64,000 bases of DNA, from contig JAFGCH010000001.1 of assembly GCA_016932695.1 (NCBI GenBank), forward strand, positions 22,420 through 86,419, read 5' to 3'. The stretch is from Acidimicrobiia bacterium. GTDB taxonomy: Bacteria; Actinomycetota; Acidimicrobiia; Spongiisociales; UBA11373. Position 1 is the first letter of the stretch. The number at the start of each line of letters is the position of its first letter. The notes beneath the pieces were generated by a model, which was given only the letters and a program-made list of their open reading frames with translations, was not told where the DNA came from and made no database searches. This document shows, one piece after another, positions 1-12,263 of the stretch. A program made the translations under genes and the position numbers.

Positions 1-2666
<2,666 letters not shown>

Positions 2667-2845
2667 AGCGGGTCTCGCAACGGGAGCGGCAGCGTACCAC
2701 CGGCTCGAGGCGGCTCCGGGCGGAACGCGGCTGATGCCCGGCCCTCGCCTGGTAGAATTCGGTTGCGAGCGGGGCAGCCAAGTCGCTCCGGGTTTGTCGG
2801 CAGCGCCCCGCCGAAAGGGACGCCGGTCTCTGGGGAGGGAGAGCG

Positions 2846-3863
2846 GGTGGCGTCGGGCAAGATCACCATCTCCGATGTCGCTCGCGAGGCCGGAGTCTCC
2901 ATCGCCACCGTATCCCGCGTGATTCAGGGCAAGACCTCGGTCTCCCCCGACCTGGCCGAACGCGTCCGGGAGGTCGCCCGGCGCCTGGGGTACCGGCCCA
3001 GCCCGCTGGCCCGCGGCCTGGCCACCGGCGCCACCGAGATGGTGGGCATCCTGGTGCCCCAGCTGTCGAATCCCTACTTCCAGGAGCTCATCAAGTCCAT
3101 CGGCCTCGGAGCCGGGCAGGACGGCTATCGCACGCTGGTGCTCGAGACCGACGAGCGCGTCGGCGACGAGCCCGACCTGGCAGCCTCGCTGTACACCCAT
3201 GTCGACGGCGTGATCCTGTGTTCCCCCCGCATGCCCAATGAGGAGTTGGCCCGTTTCGCCGCCGACCACCCCAACGTCGTCTGTATCAACCGGATTCTGC
3301 CCGGAGAGCAGCCCCCCGGGGTCACCTGCGACTACTTCTCCCCGATGTTCGACCTCTGCCGCCATCTGGCCGACCTGGGCCACCGCCGGGTGGTGTACCT
3401 GCACGGCTCCCCCCACTCCTGGGCAACGGCCGAACGCTGGCGGGCGGTGCAGGCCGCGGCCGCCCTGGGGCTGGAGCCCTTCCGAGTCGCGGGTGGGCTG
3501 ACCATTGAGGCCGGCTATGAGGCTGCCGCCGCCGCGTTGGCGTTGGACCCCACCGCCCTCATCGCCGTGAACGATCTCTGCGCCATCGGAGCGCTGACCC
3601 GGCTGCGGGAGCTCGGGCGGCGGGTGCCCGACGACATCTCGCTTACCGGTTTCGACGATATCCCCTTCTCCGCGCACACCCAGCCCCCCCTAACCACGGC
3701 GCGCATCCCGAGGGCCGCCATGGCCGAAGAGGTCTGGGCGATGATGCGTGCCGTGCTGGCCGGAGAGACGGTCACCAGCCGGGTCCTGACCACCGCCGAG
3801 ATCCTGATCAGAGGCACCACCGGGCCGGCCCCGGGCCGCGCCGCCCCGGTCGCCGCTCGCTGA
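2846..3863 (+). CDS. LacI-family transcriptional regulator
   Basis: Starts at GTG 2846 after the RBS-like GGGAGGGAGAGCGG. It has an N-terminal HTH (ITISDVAREAGVSIATVSRVIQG) and a periplasmic-binding-like C-terminal domain. It is divergent from leuS. Confidence 0.8.
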
Positions 3864-3928
3864 GCCGCCCCGCGGCAAGCAGGCGAGATAACCTCGACCG
3901 CGGCTGGAGAGCAGACCAGGAGGCGAGC

Positions 3929-5410
3929 ATGGCAGACGGCACCCCCGACACAGGCAAGCCACTACGCACCGGTGCCGACTACATCGCCAGCCTGCGAGGC
4001 CGCCGGCTGTCCGTCTTCCTCATGGGGCAACAGGTGGAGGAACCGGTGGACCACCCCATCATCCGGCCCTCCATCAACGCCATGGCCGCCACCTACGACG
4101 CCGGCCCGGCCGACGCCGACCTGGGCGAAGCCGAGTCGGACCTCATCGGGGCCCGGGTCAACCGCTTCCTCCACGTCACCCGGAGCCCTGCCGACCTGGT
4201 GGCCCAGGGCAAGATGCAGCGCCGCCTCGGGCAGGTCACCGGCACCTGCTTCCAGCGCTGTGTGGGTATGGATGCCATCAACAGCCTCTTCTCACTCACC
4301 TTCGACGTAGATGCCGCCCGGGGTACCGCCTATCACCAACGTTTCCGGCAGTGGCTGGCGGGGGTACAGCGCGGCAATCTGGTCGTCGGCGGGGCCATGA
4401 CCGACGTCAAGGGCGATCGCAGCCGGGGGCCGGCGCAGCAGGCCGACCCGGATCTCTTCGTACGGATCGTGGATCGCCGCCCCGGCGGGTTGGTGATCCG
4501 CGGGGCAAAGGCCCACCAGACCGGAGCGGTCAACTCCCACTGGCTTCTGGTCATGCCGGGCCAGCGCCTGGCTCCGGAGGAACACGACTACGCGGTGGCC
4601 TGTGCTGTGCCGGTCACTGCCGCCGGGATCACCTTCGTGTACGGCCGGCAGTCCTCCGATACGCGTAGCGTCGAGGGGGACCTGGATGTGGGCAACGCGC
4701 GCTTCGCCGGCCAAGAAGCCCTGGTGCTCTTCGACGACGTCTTCGTCCCCGACGAGCACATCTTCCTCGACGGCGAGGCCGAGTTCGCCGCCGAACTGGT
4801 CGAGCGCTTCACCGCCTACCACCGGCGGTCCTACGTGTGCAAGGCAGGGGTGGGCGACGTGCTGATCGGCGCCGCCGCCCTGGTCGCCGACTACAACGGG
4901 GTGCCTCGCGCCTCACACATCCGGGACAAGCTCGTGGAGATGATCCATCTGAACGAGACGATCTACGCCGCCGGTATCGCGGCGTCCCACGAGGGCCATC
5001 GCACCTGCGCCGGCAATTGGGAGCCCGACCGCCTGCTGGCCAACGTGTGCAAGCAGAACGTGACCCGCTTCCCCTACGAGATGGCCCGCCTAGCTCAGGA
5101 CCTGGCGGGTGGGGCGGTGGTCACCTTGCCGGGCGAAGCGGACCTGCGCCATCCCGAGATCGGGCCGCGGCTCGACAAGTACCTCCGGGGCAGAGCCGAC
5201 GTGCCCACCGAGCATCGGGTGCGGGCGCTGCGCCTCGTGGAGAACCTGACACTGGGACGCAACGCCGTCGGCTACTTGACCGAATCCCTGCACGGCGCCG
5301 GGTCGCCCCAGGCCCAACGGGTCGTCATTCAGCGCCAAGTGGATCTAGAGGGGCGCAAGTCCCTGGCCCGCCGCCTGGCGGGGATCCCGCCGGAAGGAGC
5401 CGCCGCGTAA
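3929..5410 (+). CDS. 4-hydroxyphenylacetate 3-monooxygenase oxygenase component (HpaB) family protein
   Basis: 493 aa; RBS AGGAGG upstream of the ATG. The N-terminus TGADYIASLRGRRLSVFLMGQQVE is typical of the HpaB / 4-hydroxybutyryl-CoA dehydratase fold family. Confidence 0.65.
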   Translation: MADGTPDTGKPLRTGADYIASLRGRRLSVFLMGQQVEEPVDHPIIRPSINAMAATYDAGPADADLGEAESDLIGARVNRFLHVTRSPADLVAQGKMQRRLGQVTGTCFQRCVGMDAINSLFSLTFDVDAARGTAYHQRFRQWLAGVQRGNLVVGGAMTDVKGDRSRGPAQQADPDLFVRIVDRRPGGLVIRGAKAHQTGAVNSHWLLVMPGQRLAPEEHDYAVACAVPVTAAGITFVYGRQSSDTRSVEGDLDVGNARFAGQEALVLFDDVFVPDEHIFLDGEAEFAAELVERFTAYHRRSYVCKAGVGDVLIGAAALVADYNGVPRASHIRDKLVEMIHLNETIYAAGIAASHEGHRTCAGNWEPDRLLANVCKQNVTRFPYEMARLAQDLAGGAVVTLPGEADLRHPEIGPRLDKYLRGRADVPTEHRVRALRLVENLTLGRNAVGYLTESLHGAGSPQAQRVVIQRQVDLEGRKSLARRLAGIPPEGAAA

Positions 5411-5437
5411 GCCCAGGCGAGTCCGATTCCCGGCGGG

Positions 5438-5854
5438 CTAGAGGACCTTCTCGAACCCCAGGGCCGCCTTGCCGTCTGCGTAGCCCAGCGACCGATAGAA
5501 GGCGTGGGCGTCGTGGCGGGAGGCCCCGGAACGCAGTCGAATGCAGTGCGCTCCCCGCCCCCGCGCCCAGTCTTCGGCGGCAGCCATCAGGGCCCGGCCC
5601 ACCCCGCCACGTCGCGCTGCCTCCACCACCACGAGGCTCTCCACGAAGGCCGAGAGGTCATCGATGAGCAGCATCCGCAGGCGCACGTGCACGAATCCCA
5701 GCAGTGCCCCATCGTCGTGCTTCGCTCCGAACAGGGCGTCCCCGGGGGAGGCGAGAACCGCGGCCACCCTGTCGGCCATGTCGCTCGGGCCCACCGGATA
5801 GCCCAAGTCGGCGCTGAGCGCCGCGGCGGCAGAGGAATCGCCGGGCATCATCAT
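5438..5854 (-). CDS. GNAT family N-acetyltransferase
   Basis: 138-aa product MMMPGDSS...; acetyl-CoA binding motif VVVEAARRGGVGRALMAAAEDWARGRG. The longer track ORF (to 6340) runs through a tRNA and is rejected. Confidence 0.7.
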   Translation of the reverse strand: MMMPGDSSAAAALSADLGYPVGPSDMADRVAAVLASPGDALFGAKHDDGALLGFVHVRLRMLLIDDLSAFVESLVVVEAARRGGVGRALMAAAEDWARGRGAHCIRLRSGASRHDAHAFYRSLGYADGKAALGFEKVL

Positions 5855-5928
5855 CTGGATCCTCACGCACGCGAACCTAGTGCGCCGGCAAGAAGAACAG
5901 AGCGGCGGCCCTGCGGATCCCGTAACGG

Positions 5929-6001
5929 TGGAGCTGAGGGGATTTGAACCCCTGACCCCTTGCATGCCATGCAAGTGCTCTGCCAGCTGAGCTACAGCCC
6001 C
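5929..6001 (-). tRNA. tRNA-Ala(GGC)
   Basis: The reverse complement GGGGCTGTAGCTCAGCTGGCAGAGCACTTGCATGGCATGCAAGGGGTCAGGGGTTCAAATCCCCTCAGCTCCA folds as a cloverleaf with anticodon loop ATGGCAT (GGC), G3:U70 and T-loop GTTCAAATC. Confidence 0.85.
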
Positions 6002-6092
6002 GAGTGCGGGCGGAATTGTATCAGTCGGCGCGGCCAGAGCGCCGGGCACGACCGGCTCAGGACGCGTCGCCGCCGGGCCGATGGGATCGCAG

Positions 6093-7162
6093 TGAATATC
6101 GCGACGTGTGCCCCAGTAGTTGCCCGTCAGGTGATAGACGGAGGCCTCGCCGCGGCCTGGGACGACCTGGCCGACCGCACCGGGGCGGCTCCTTTCGCCC
6201 GGCCGGGCTGGCTCCGGCCCTGGGCCGAAGCCACCGGGGTCCGCCTGGAGGCCCTGACCGCCTACTGCGGCGACTGCCTGCTCGGAGTGCTGCCCGTGGT
6301 GTGGGACCGCCATCGGGTGCGTACCCCGGCCGACTGGCATAGCCCCTGGTTCGAGGCGGTGGTCGCCGACGGCACGCCCCTACGGGCCCTGGCCGCTGCC
6401 CTGGCCGGTGCCGCCCGGTCGCGAGTGACCGTGGACTTCGTCCTCGCCGGGGAAGGCACCGCCCGCGCTGCCGCCGACGCTCTCAATGCGGCAGGCTACC
6501 GGCTCCGGCCGCGAGTGCGGCAGGAATCACCCTTCGTTGCCGTGCACGGAAGCTGGGAGCACTACCTGGCATCACTGCCCGCGAGGCGGCGCAGCGACCT
6601 CCGGCGCCGCGCCCGGCGCCTCGAGGAAGCCGGAACGGTCACCTGGGAGGTCCATGAAGAAGCCAAAGGACTGCCCCGCCTGTTGGAGGAGGCCCTTGCC
6701 GTAGAGGCGGCCGGCTGGAAGGGAGCGGCCGGGACCGCCATCGCTTCCCATCCCGCGATGGCCCGGTTCTACCGCGAAGTGGCGATCTGGGCGGCAGAGC
6801 GGGGCTGGCTGCGATTGGCCTTGTTGCGCCTCGACGGGCGGGCTCTGGCTTTCGACCTGGCCCTGGAGGCCCAAGGCCGCCACTTCCTGTTGAAGACCGG
6901 CTACGACCCCGCTTTCAACGCCCTCTCCCCCGGCCTGCTGCTTCGCCGGCACATGCTGCAGCGTGCCTTCGACCTGAGCCTGGCCTCGTACGAGTTCTGC
7001 GGCGCGGCGGAACCATGGAAACTGGAATGGGCCCAGGCCACGCGACCGGTGCTGGCCATCGAAGCGTTTGCCCCCACCCTCGGCGGTTCGCTGGCCCGCG
7101 CTGCGGCGCGAGCCGCCCGCTGGGCCCGGGTTCACCTGAGCCGACGACGCGAGAGGAGCTGA
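6093..7162 (+). CDS. GNAT-fold acetyltransferase of the CelD/BcsL (FemAB-like) family
   Basis: About 355 aa with composition and size typical of CelD-like GNAT_acetyltran proteins. The track ORF starts inside the tRNA, so the start was moved to GTG at about 6093. Confidence 0.5.
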
Positions 7163-7896
7163 TGACGGATACGACGGGCGAACGCTCCCGGCCTCTCTCC
7201 CCAGCGCGAAGGGTTCCTGGGTGGCGCCCCGCCCTTATGGTGATCGGAGGCCTGGTTCTCTTCCAGGCTCTGGTGGCCGCGATCAATCTCTCCCCGTTCA
7301 TGAACTACTACACCGTTGAGTTGCTGCTCGACGTCAACGGAGAGGCCAATCTCGTGGCCTGGGTGTCCGCGACCGCGCTACTGGCGATCGCCGCAGCCGC
7401 GGCCACCGCCGCCGCCGCCGATCGCGCCTCCGGGAAGCCGCGACGGCAATGGTTGGGGTGGGCCCTGATGGCCGCATCGTTTGCGGTGCTCTCGATCGAC
7501 GAAAGTGCCGGGCTCCACGAGTTGATCGGGGAGAAAGCACACCGGCTTCTCGAGGTGGACGCCCTGCCGTCGCTGTACACCTGGGTGCTGGTGGTGGCAC
7601 CCGTGGGCCTGGCGGCTGCCGCCTTGATGATCTGGTGGTTCTCCAGGACTCTCGGCCTGGCCTCCCCCACCGGACGTCTCGCCCTGGCCGCCGTCGCCCT
7701 ATGGCTCGTCGTGCCGGTCCTCGAAGCCCTGGATCCCTCTCTGGGTGGCCCTGTGGCGCTCTCGGTGGTGGAGGAGAGCCTGGAGACCATCGGGGAGGCC
7801 CTCATGCTCGCCGCGCTGCTCGTTTACCTCAGCGCTCGGGGACGCCTGCGGGCCTTGGCCCAGCGCTTCACCGCTCCAGAGGAAAGCAGTCGCTAG
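7162..7896 (+). CDS. Hypothetical integral membrane protein
   Basis: ATG at 7162 overlaps the upstream stop (TGATG). Several hydrophobic helices (LVLFQALVAAINLSPF..., LLAIAAAAATAAAA..., VLVVAPVGLAAAALMIWW...). Confidence 0.5.
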   Translation: MTDTTGERSRPLSPARRVPGWRPALMVIGGLVLFQALVAAINLSPFMNYYTVELLLDVNGEANLVAWVSATALLAIAAAAATAAAADRASGKPRRQWLGWALMAASFAVLSIDESAGLHELIGEKAHRLLEVDALPSLYTWVLVVAPVGLAAAALMIWWFSRTLGLASPTGRLALAAVALWLVVPVLEALDPSLGGPVALSVVEESLETIGEALMLAALLVYLSARGRLRALAQRFTAPEESSR

Positions 7897-7901
7897 CGGG
7901 C

Positions 7902-8156
7902 TCAGGCCCGCGCCGCCGCCGGATCGAAGTCGGTCCGGGGAGCGTCGGCCCAGAGCCGTTCGAGGTCGTAGTAGCGGCGGGTGGGCTCGTCGAAGACGTG
8001 GACGACGACGTCCCCGTAGTCGAGCAGCACCCATGTGGCGTCCTCGAGGCCCTCACGGCGCAAAGGCCGGCGTCCTAGGACCTTGAGCCGCTCCTCCACC
8101 GCTTCGGCCAGGGTGAGGATGTGGCGCCGCGACATGCCCGAGGCGATGACGAACAC
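7902..8156 (-). CDS. rsfS: Ribosomal silencing factor RsfS (Iojap family)
   Basis: GMSRRHILTLAEAVEERLK...VLLDYGDVVVHVFDEPTRRYYDLERLW is the RsfS core. In-frame homology (AAIDDKKGLGIVLLDVAGLLVITD) continues upstream to 8270 but contains no ATG/GTG/TTG codon. Confidence 0.75.
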   Translation of the reverse strand: MFVIASGMSRRHILTLAEAVEERLKVLGRRPLRREGLEDATWVLLDYGDVVVHVFDEPTRRYYDLERLWADAPRTDFDPAAARA

Positions 8157-8270
8157 GTCCGTGATGACCAGAAGGCCGGCGACGTCGAGGAGGACGATCC
8201 CCAGGCCCTTCTTGTCGTCGATGGCGGCGGCCGCCGACTGCGCTGCGGTCGTCGTTTCGGGATGCAGGAC

Positions 8271-9479
8271 CTACGCCTCCCCGGCCGGGATATCCAGGCC
8301 CACGATGATACTGACTTCGACCACCAGAGAGGGAGCCGCCTCCTCGAGGTAGACCGCGGGCGCTCCCACGATCCCCGCCGCCTCCCTCGCCGCCGCCTGG
8401 GCTTCCAGGCCCTGGGCCACCACCACCGTTGCCGCATAGTCGAAGCGGTCGGCATTGTCGGTCCGCACCACCCGAAAGCCGCGACGAACCAAGGCCTCGG
8501 CCACCAGGCGAGTAGCCCCGATCCGACCGTTCCCGTTGAGCACTTCCACACGCGGCCGGTCCCCGGGTCGCAGCAGCAGGTGGCCGAGGCGGGCGGGGAC
8601 GAACTCGGTAGCCGCGCCCACCGCCAAAGCGAGGGCAGAACCACCGACCGTTTCCACTGCTTCCAGAGGAACCGCCCCCAGCAGCAGGTCCTCGGCGGTA
8701 GCCGCCGCCAGCAGCAGGTCCGCTGCTTCCGACGCGCCCGCCGGCAGCGCGGCGGCCAGGCGGTCGGCCACCTCAGGGTCGGCGGTGACGGCCGCAAGGA
8801 CGCCCCGCCAGGCAGCCCCCTGCCGCTGCAGCCAGTCGAAGGGATCGCCGGCCCCGGCGGTGACCAGCAGCATCTCGACCAGTCCGGGGGCGAGCTGTTG
8901 CGGCCCCGAGCCCAGCACCTGCACCAGCCCGCCGTCCGCCGCGTCGAACAGGGCAACCGGCAGGTCCACCGCTACCGACGCGGGCAGGGCGGCCGCCAGT
9001 TCTCCCGGAGTCAGCGGAAGGACTTCGTCGATGCGTACCCCGAGTTCGTTGGTCACGGTCAGCGCCGCCAGTTCCGGCCCCTCGAAAGCCAGCGCCTCGC
9101 CCAAAGTGAACTCCCCGTAGCCGGGCACCACCCCCAGCATCGTCGCGGGCAGCACAGTGAGGGTAGGTCCTCCCTCCGGTGAGGCCGCGACGAGGGCGAA
9201 GGCGGAATCGCCGGGGCCGGTCCCGATGGCGATCAGGGTCGAGTGCGAGGCGGGCAGGTCGCTGCGCTCCTCGATCTCGGCCTCGGGCACGGTGGCCGCC
9301 ACGGCGCGCAGGCGTGTCGCCCAGTCCCTCACCATCTCGGCCCCCTCCTGCGCCCGGGCCGACACCCACCCGGCGGCCTCAGCCAGCGGCGCCCGAGCCG
9401 CCCAGGCCCCGGCGGCCACCGCCCCGGCGGCGAGCAGTCCGGCCGTCCAGGCCCAGAGCCGGCGCCTAGACCGAGCCAT
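8271..9479 (-). CDS. LytR_C (LCP C-terminal) domain-containing membrane-anchored protein
   Basis: C-terminal RVEVLNGNGRIGATRLVAEALVRRGFRVVRTDNADRFDYAATVVVAQG matches the LytR C-terminal domain. N-terminal TM segment. It sits in the conserved nadD / LytR_C / rsfS arrangement. Confidence 0.6.
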   Translation of the reverse strand: MARSRRRLWAWTAGLLAAGAVAAGAWAARAPLAEAAGWVSARAQEGAEMVRDWATRLRAVAATVPEAEIEERSDLPASHSTLIAIGTGPGDSAFALVAASPEGGPTLTVLPATMLGVVPGYGEFTLGEALAFEGPELAALTVTNELGVRIDEVLPLTPGELAAALPASVAVDLPVALFDAADGGLVQVLGSGPQQLAPGLVEMLLVTAGAGDPFDWLQRQGAAWRGVLAAVTADPEVADRLAAALPAGASEAADLLLAAATAEDLLLGAVPLEAVETVGGSALALAVGAATEFVPARLGHLLLRPGDRPRVEVLNGNGRIGATRLVAEALVRRGFRVVRTDNADRFDYAATVVVAQGLEAQAAAREAAGIVGAPAVYLEEAAPSLVVEVSIIVGLDIPAGEA

Positions 9480-10050
9480 AGAGCCCGGTGGAGTCGATGT
9501 ACGACAGCACGGCATCGGCCACCAGGAAGCGCAGGCTCAGACCGGCCCGGCGCCGGGCCCGCAACATGGTGCCGCTGATCTCCAGGAGCGGGGTGTGCAG
9601 CCAGCGCACCTCTCCTGCCGCCGCCTCTACTGCTCCTCGGGCCACCCCGGGGCGCTCGATGACCGCCAGCCGAGTGCGCCTGAGGACGGTCTCTGCCGCC
9701 TGCCAGGTGGGCAGGCCGGCGGCGGCGTCGGCCCCCAGGATCAGCACCAGGTCCTCGTCGGTAGGGAAGCTCGCCAGAGTGTCGGCGGTATAGGTCCACC
9801 CGTCGCGAACGACCTCGCGATCGTCCGCCTCGAAGTAGCCGACGCCCGCCACGGCTCGCCGGGTCATCTCCCAGCGATGCTCGGCCGGGCTCACTCCGAG
9901 ACCCGCCTTCTGCCACGGTCGGCCGGCGGGAAGGAAGGTGACCACGTCGAGACCCAACTCGCGATAGGCCGCCTCGCCGGCCACCAGGTGGGCGAGATGC
10001 GGAGGGTCGAAGGTGCCGCCCAGGATGCCGCGGCGCACGGCAACAAGCAT
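9466..10050 (-). CDS. nadD: Nicotinate-nucleotide adenylyltransferase
   Basis: MLVAVRRGILGGTFDPPHLAHLVAGE carries the (H/T)xGH nucleotidyltransferase motif. About 195 aa. The track's TTG start at 10059 was shortened to the ATG. Confidence 0.85.
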   Translation of the reverse strand: MLVAVRRGILGGTFDPPHLAHLVAGEAAYRELGLDVVTFLPAGRPWQKAGLGVSPAEHRWEMTRRAVAGVGYFEADDREVVRDGWTYTADTLASFPTDEDLVLILGADAAAGLPTWQAAETVLRRTRLAVIERPGVARGAVEAAAGEVRWLHTPLLEISGTMLRARRRAGLSLRFLVADAVLSYIDSTGLYGSV

Positions 10051-10089
10051 AGGGCGCAAGGGCGGGAGCTAGGTGCCCGGCGGCGGCCG

Positions 10090-10513
10090 GTGCAGCCAGC
10101 CGGCACTGCAGCCACCGCTCCGGGTCGATGTAGGCCCGGCCCACCCGGAGCGACAGGTGGAGAGCGGCGACGCCGTGGTCGACCCCGGACCTGCCCAGTA
10201 TCTCTCCCGCCGCCAGCCCCTGTCCCGGGGAGACACCGACGGCCGATAGGTAGGAGTAGGAGGTGCGTACCCCTCCCCCGTGCAGCACGGTGACGCTCAA
10301 CTGCCCCGCCACACTGCCGGCGAAAGTCACCACCCCGGCGGCCACGGAACCCACCGGCGACCCGACCGGAGCAGCCAGGTCAATCCCCCAGTGCCCGGAA
10401 TACGTGCCCTCGGGGGCGAAAGGGCGCACCACCGCGCCGGGCACAGGCCGCTCCGCCGGGCAGGCGGGAGGCAGCAGCGGCAACGCCAACACCAGAGCTA
10501 GCAGGGGCAGCAT
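10090..10513 (-). CDS. M23 family metallopeptidase (signal peptide plus LytM domain); 3' end unresolved
   Basis: ATG at 10513 gives MLPLLALVLALPLLPP, a signal peptide. M23 motifs HWGIDLAAPVGSPV...GVDHGVAALHLSLRV follow. The frame has no stop until 9329, running through nadD. Confidence 0.6.
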
Positions 10514-10580
10514 TTCGGGCCCCGCGCCTGTTGTCCAACCTAGCGGGCCGGGCCGACACGAAGAAGGGCCCTGCCGCCGC

Positions 10581-10982
10581 TCAGGCCGGGCCGGCACCCA
10601 CCTCGACACCGCGCAGCAGGCCGAGGGCGATGCGCCGGAGATCGTTGGGACGGAAGGGCTTGGTGATGAAGGCGTCGGCCCCGCCCCGGCCGGCGCGCTC
10701 TCGCGTCTCCTCCTGAGCATGAGCCGTCAGCACTAGCACCTTCAGATGCCGGGTGCGCGGATCTGCACGGAGATGCTGTAGCACCTCCCAGCCGTCCATT
10801 TGGGGAAGGCCCACATCGAGGATCAACAGGTCGGGAGGCGAAGCCAGCGCGGCCTCGAGGCCGGCGGGGCCGTCGGTACGGACGTCGATCTCCACCCCGG
10901 CCGGTCGCAGGCATACCGCGATCAGGCGCTGGATTACCGCCGAATCCTCCACTACCAGCACTCGCTCCACCAGCACTCCCAT
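10581..10982 (-). CDS. Stand-alone response regulator receiver (CheY-like) protein
   Basis: ATG at 10982 gives MGVLVERVLVVEDSAVIQRLIA...LILDVGLPQMDGWEVL...LVLTAH...ITKPF, a REC domain with no output domain. Confidence 0.7.
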   Translation of the reverse strand: MGVLVERVLVVEDSAVIQRLIAVCLRPAGVEIDVRTDGPAGLEAALASPPDLLILDVGLPQMDGWEVLQHLRADPRTRHLKVLVLTAHAQEETRERAGRGGADAFITKPFRPNDLRRIALGLLRGVEVGAGPA

Positions 10983-11157
10983 CTGGACGCCGGGAGGCTC
11001 CGGCCGTCCGCTCCTGCCCATTTCATCGACCGCCCACCCCACCCGCTTGAGGGCGGTCGCGGCTCCCCCGCCCGCTTGGAGCGAGGCCGCCGCCAGCGGG
11101 TACCCGGTGCCCGCCGCCGAGCGGTTCGCTAGGGTCGCAGCGGAGCAAGGAGCGGGC

Positions 11158-12216
11158 ATGATGCCGAAGGCGAAGACGGTCGCACTGGTCCTGGGGAGCC
11201 TGATCCTGGCGGCAACGGCCTGCGGCGGGGACGGTGCCGGCGATGGGGGCGGGTGGATCGTGGGCCTGCTGGAGCGAATACCCGATACGGCGGAGAGTGG
11301 GGACTTCGTCACCGTCGTCGACCTCGCGGCAGCCGCGGCAGCGGCTGGGATCGAGATCCCGGGCCCCGGCCCTTCCGACGACGCGGTGGCCGCCTACTTG
11401 ATGGGCTTGCCGCGCGACGCGCTGATTCCGGACCTCCTGCGCAACCTGGTGCGCGACCTCGGTGCACTCACCACCGAACTCGGCATCGACCCCGCAGCGG
11501 TTCGCGCCGGGATCATGGCGGGGCGCCCCCCGGAGAACTACGAGGTGTTGGCCGGGGCCTTTGACTCCACCATGGTCGATCAGGCAGTGCGCGCCGATCC
11601 CCTCTGGTCCGACCTGCTGGTGACCGGAGAGCATGGCGGAGTCACCTACTACTCGTGGGGAGAGGACCTGCGGTCCTATATGGATCGTGTCAGCGCCGTC
11701 CGCCCGATCGGCCGATCCGGGCGGCTCGCCCTCGACGGCGGCTACCTGTACTGGGTCCCCTGGACCGCCGGCATCGAGGGTCTCATCGACGCCGGTGCCG
11801 GGATCGTGCCCTCTCTCGCCGATGACGACGGCCTGGCCGCCGTGGCCGGGATCCTGGAGCGGGAAGAGGTGTACTCGGCGATCCTGACCGACACCGCCCT
11901 GCGGAAGGACGCCGTCGCGGCTGCCTCGGCCCTCGGGGTCGGCGGGGGGAGGGACGAGGCGGGGGCCTACTGGGTGGTCGTCGCGGTCCACGCCACCCCC
12001 GAGGACGCCGAGGAAAGCGCCGTCGAAGTCGGTCGTGTTCTCGAGGAGGGCATGGTCGTCGGCCTGAGCGCGCCGTGGTCGGACCGCGTCGCCGAATACG
12101 ACATAGCCGTCGAGGGAACGACCCTGGTGGTGGTGTTACGATCGAACGGGGCGGAGGGCGACTGGGTGAGGGCCGTCCAAGTCGCCGACGGCCTGATCCT
12201 GGCGGCTCAGGAGTGA
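11158..12216 (+). CDS. Hypothetical lipoprotein
   Basis: MMPKAKTVALVLGSLILAATACGG is a lipoprotein signal peptide with lipobox. RBS GGAGCAAGGAGCGGG lies upstream. No recognisable catalytic motif. Confidence 0.5.
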   Translation: MMPKAKTVALVLGSLILAATACGGDGAGDGGGWIVGLLERIPDTAESGDFVTVVDLAAAAAAAGIEIPGPGPSDDAVAAYLMGLPRDALIPDLLRNLVRDLGALTTELGIDPAAVRAGIMAGRPPENYEVLAGAFDSTMVDQAVRADPLWSDLLVTGEHGGVTYYSWGEDLRSYMDRVSAVRPIGRSGRLALDGGYLYWVPWTAGIEGLIDAGAGIVPSLADDDGLAAVAGILEREEVYSAILTDTALRKDAVAAASALGVGGGRDEAGAYWVVVAVHATPEDAEESAVEVGRVLEEGMVVGLSAPWSDRVAEYDIAVEGTTLVVVLRSNGAEGDWVRAVQVADGLILAAQE

Positions 12217-12263
12217 GCCTCCCGGGCGAGTACCCTGGCGCCCCTTCTCCAGGAGGCACCACC

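Noticed and set aside
5438-6340. 300-aa minus ORF, and the plus ORF 5960..7162, both extending across tRNA-Ala
   Set aside because: The tRNA cloverleaf at 5929-6001 is convincing. Both CDSs were trimmed to starts outside the tRNA.
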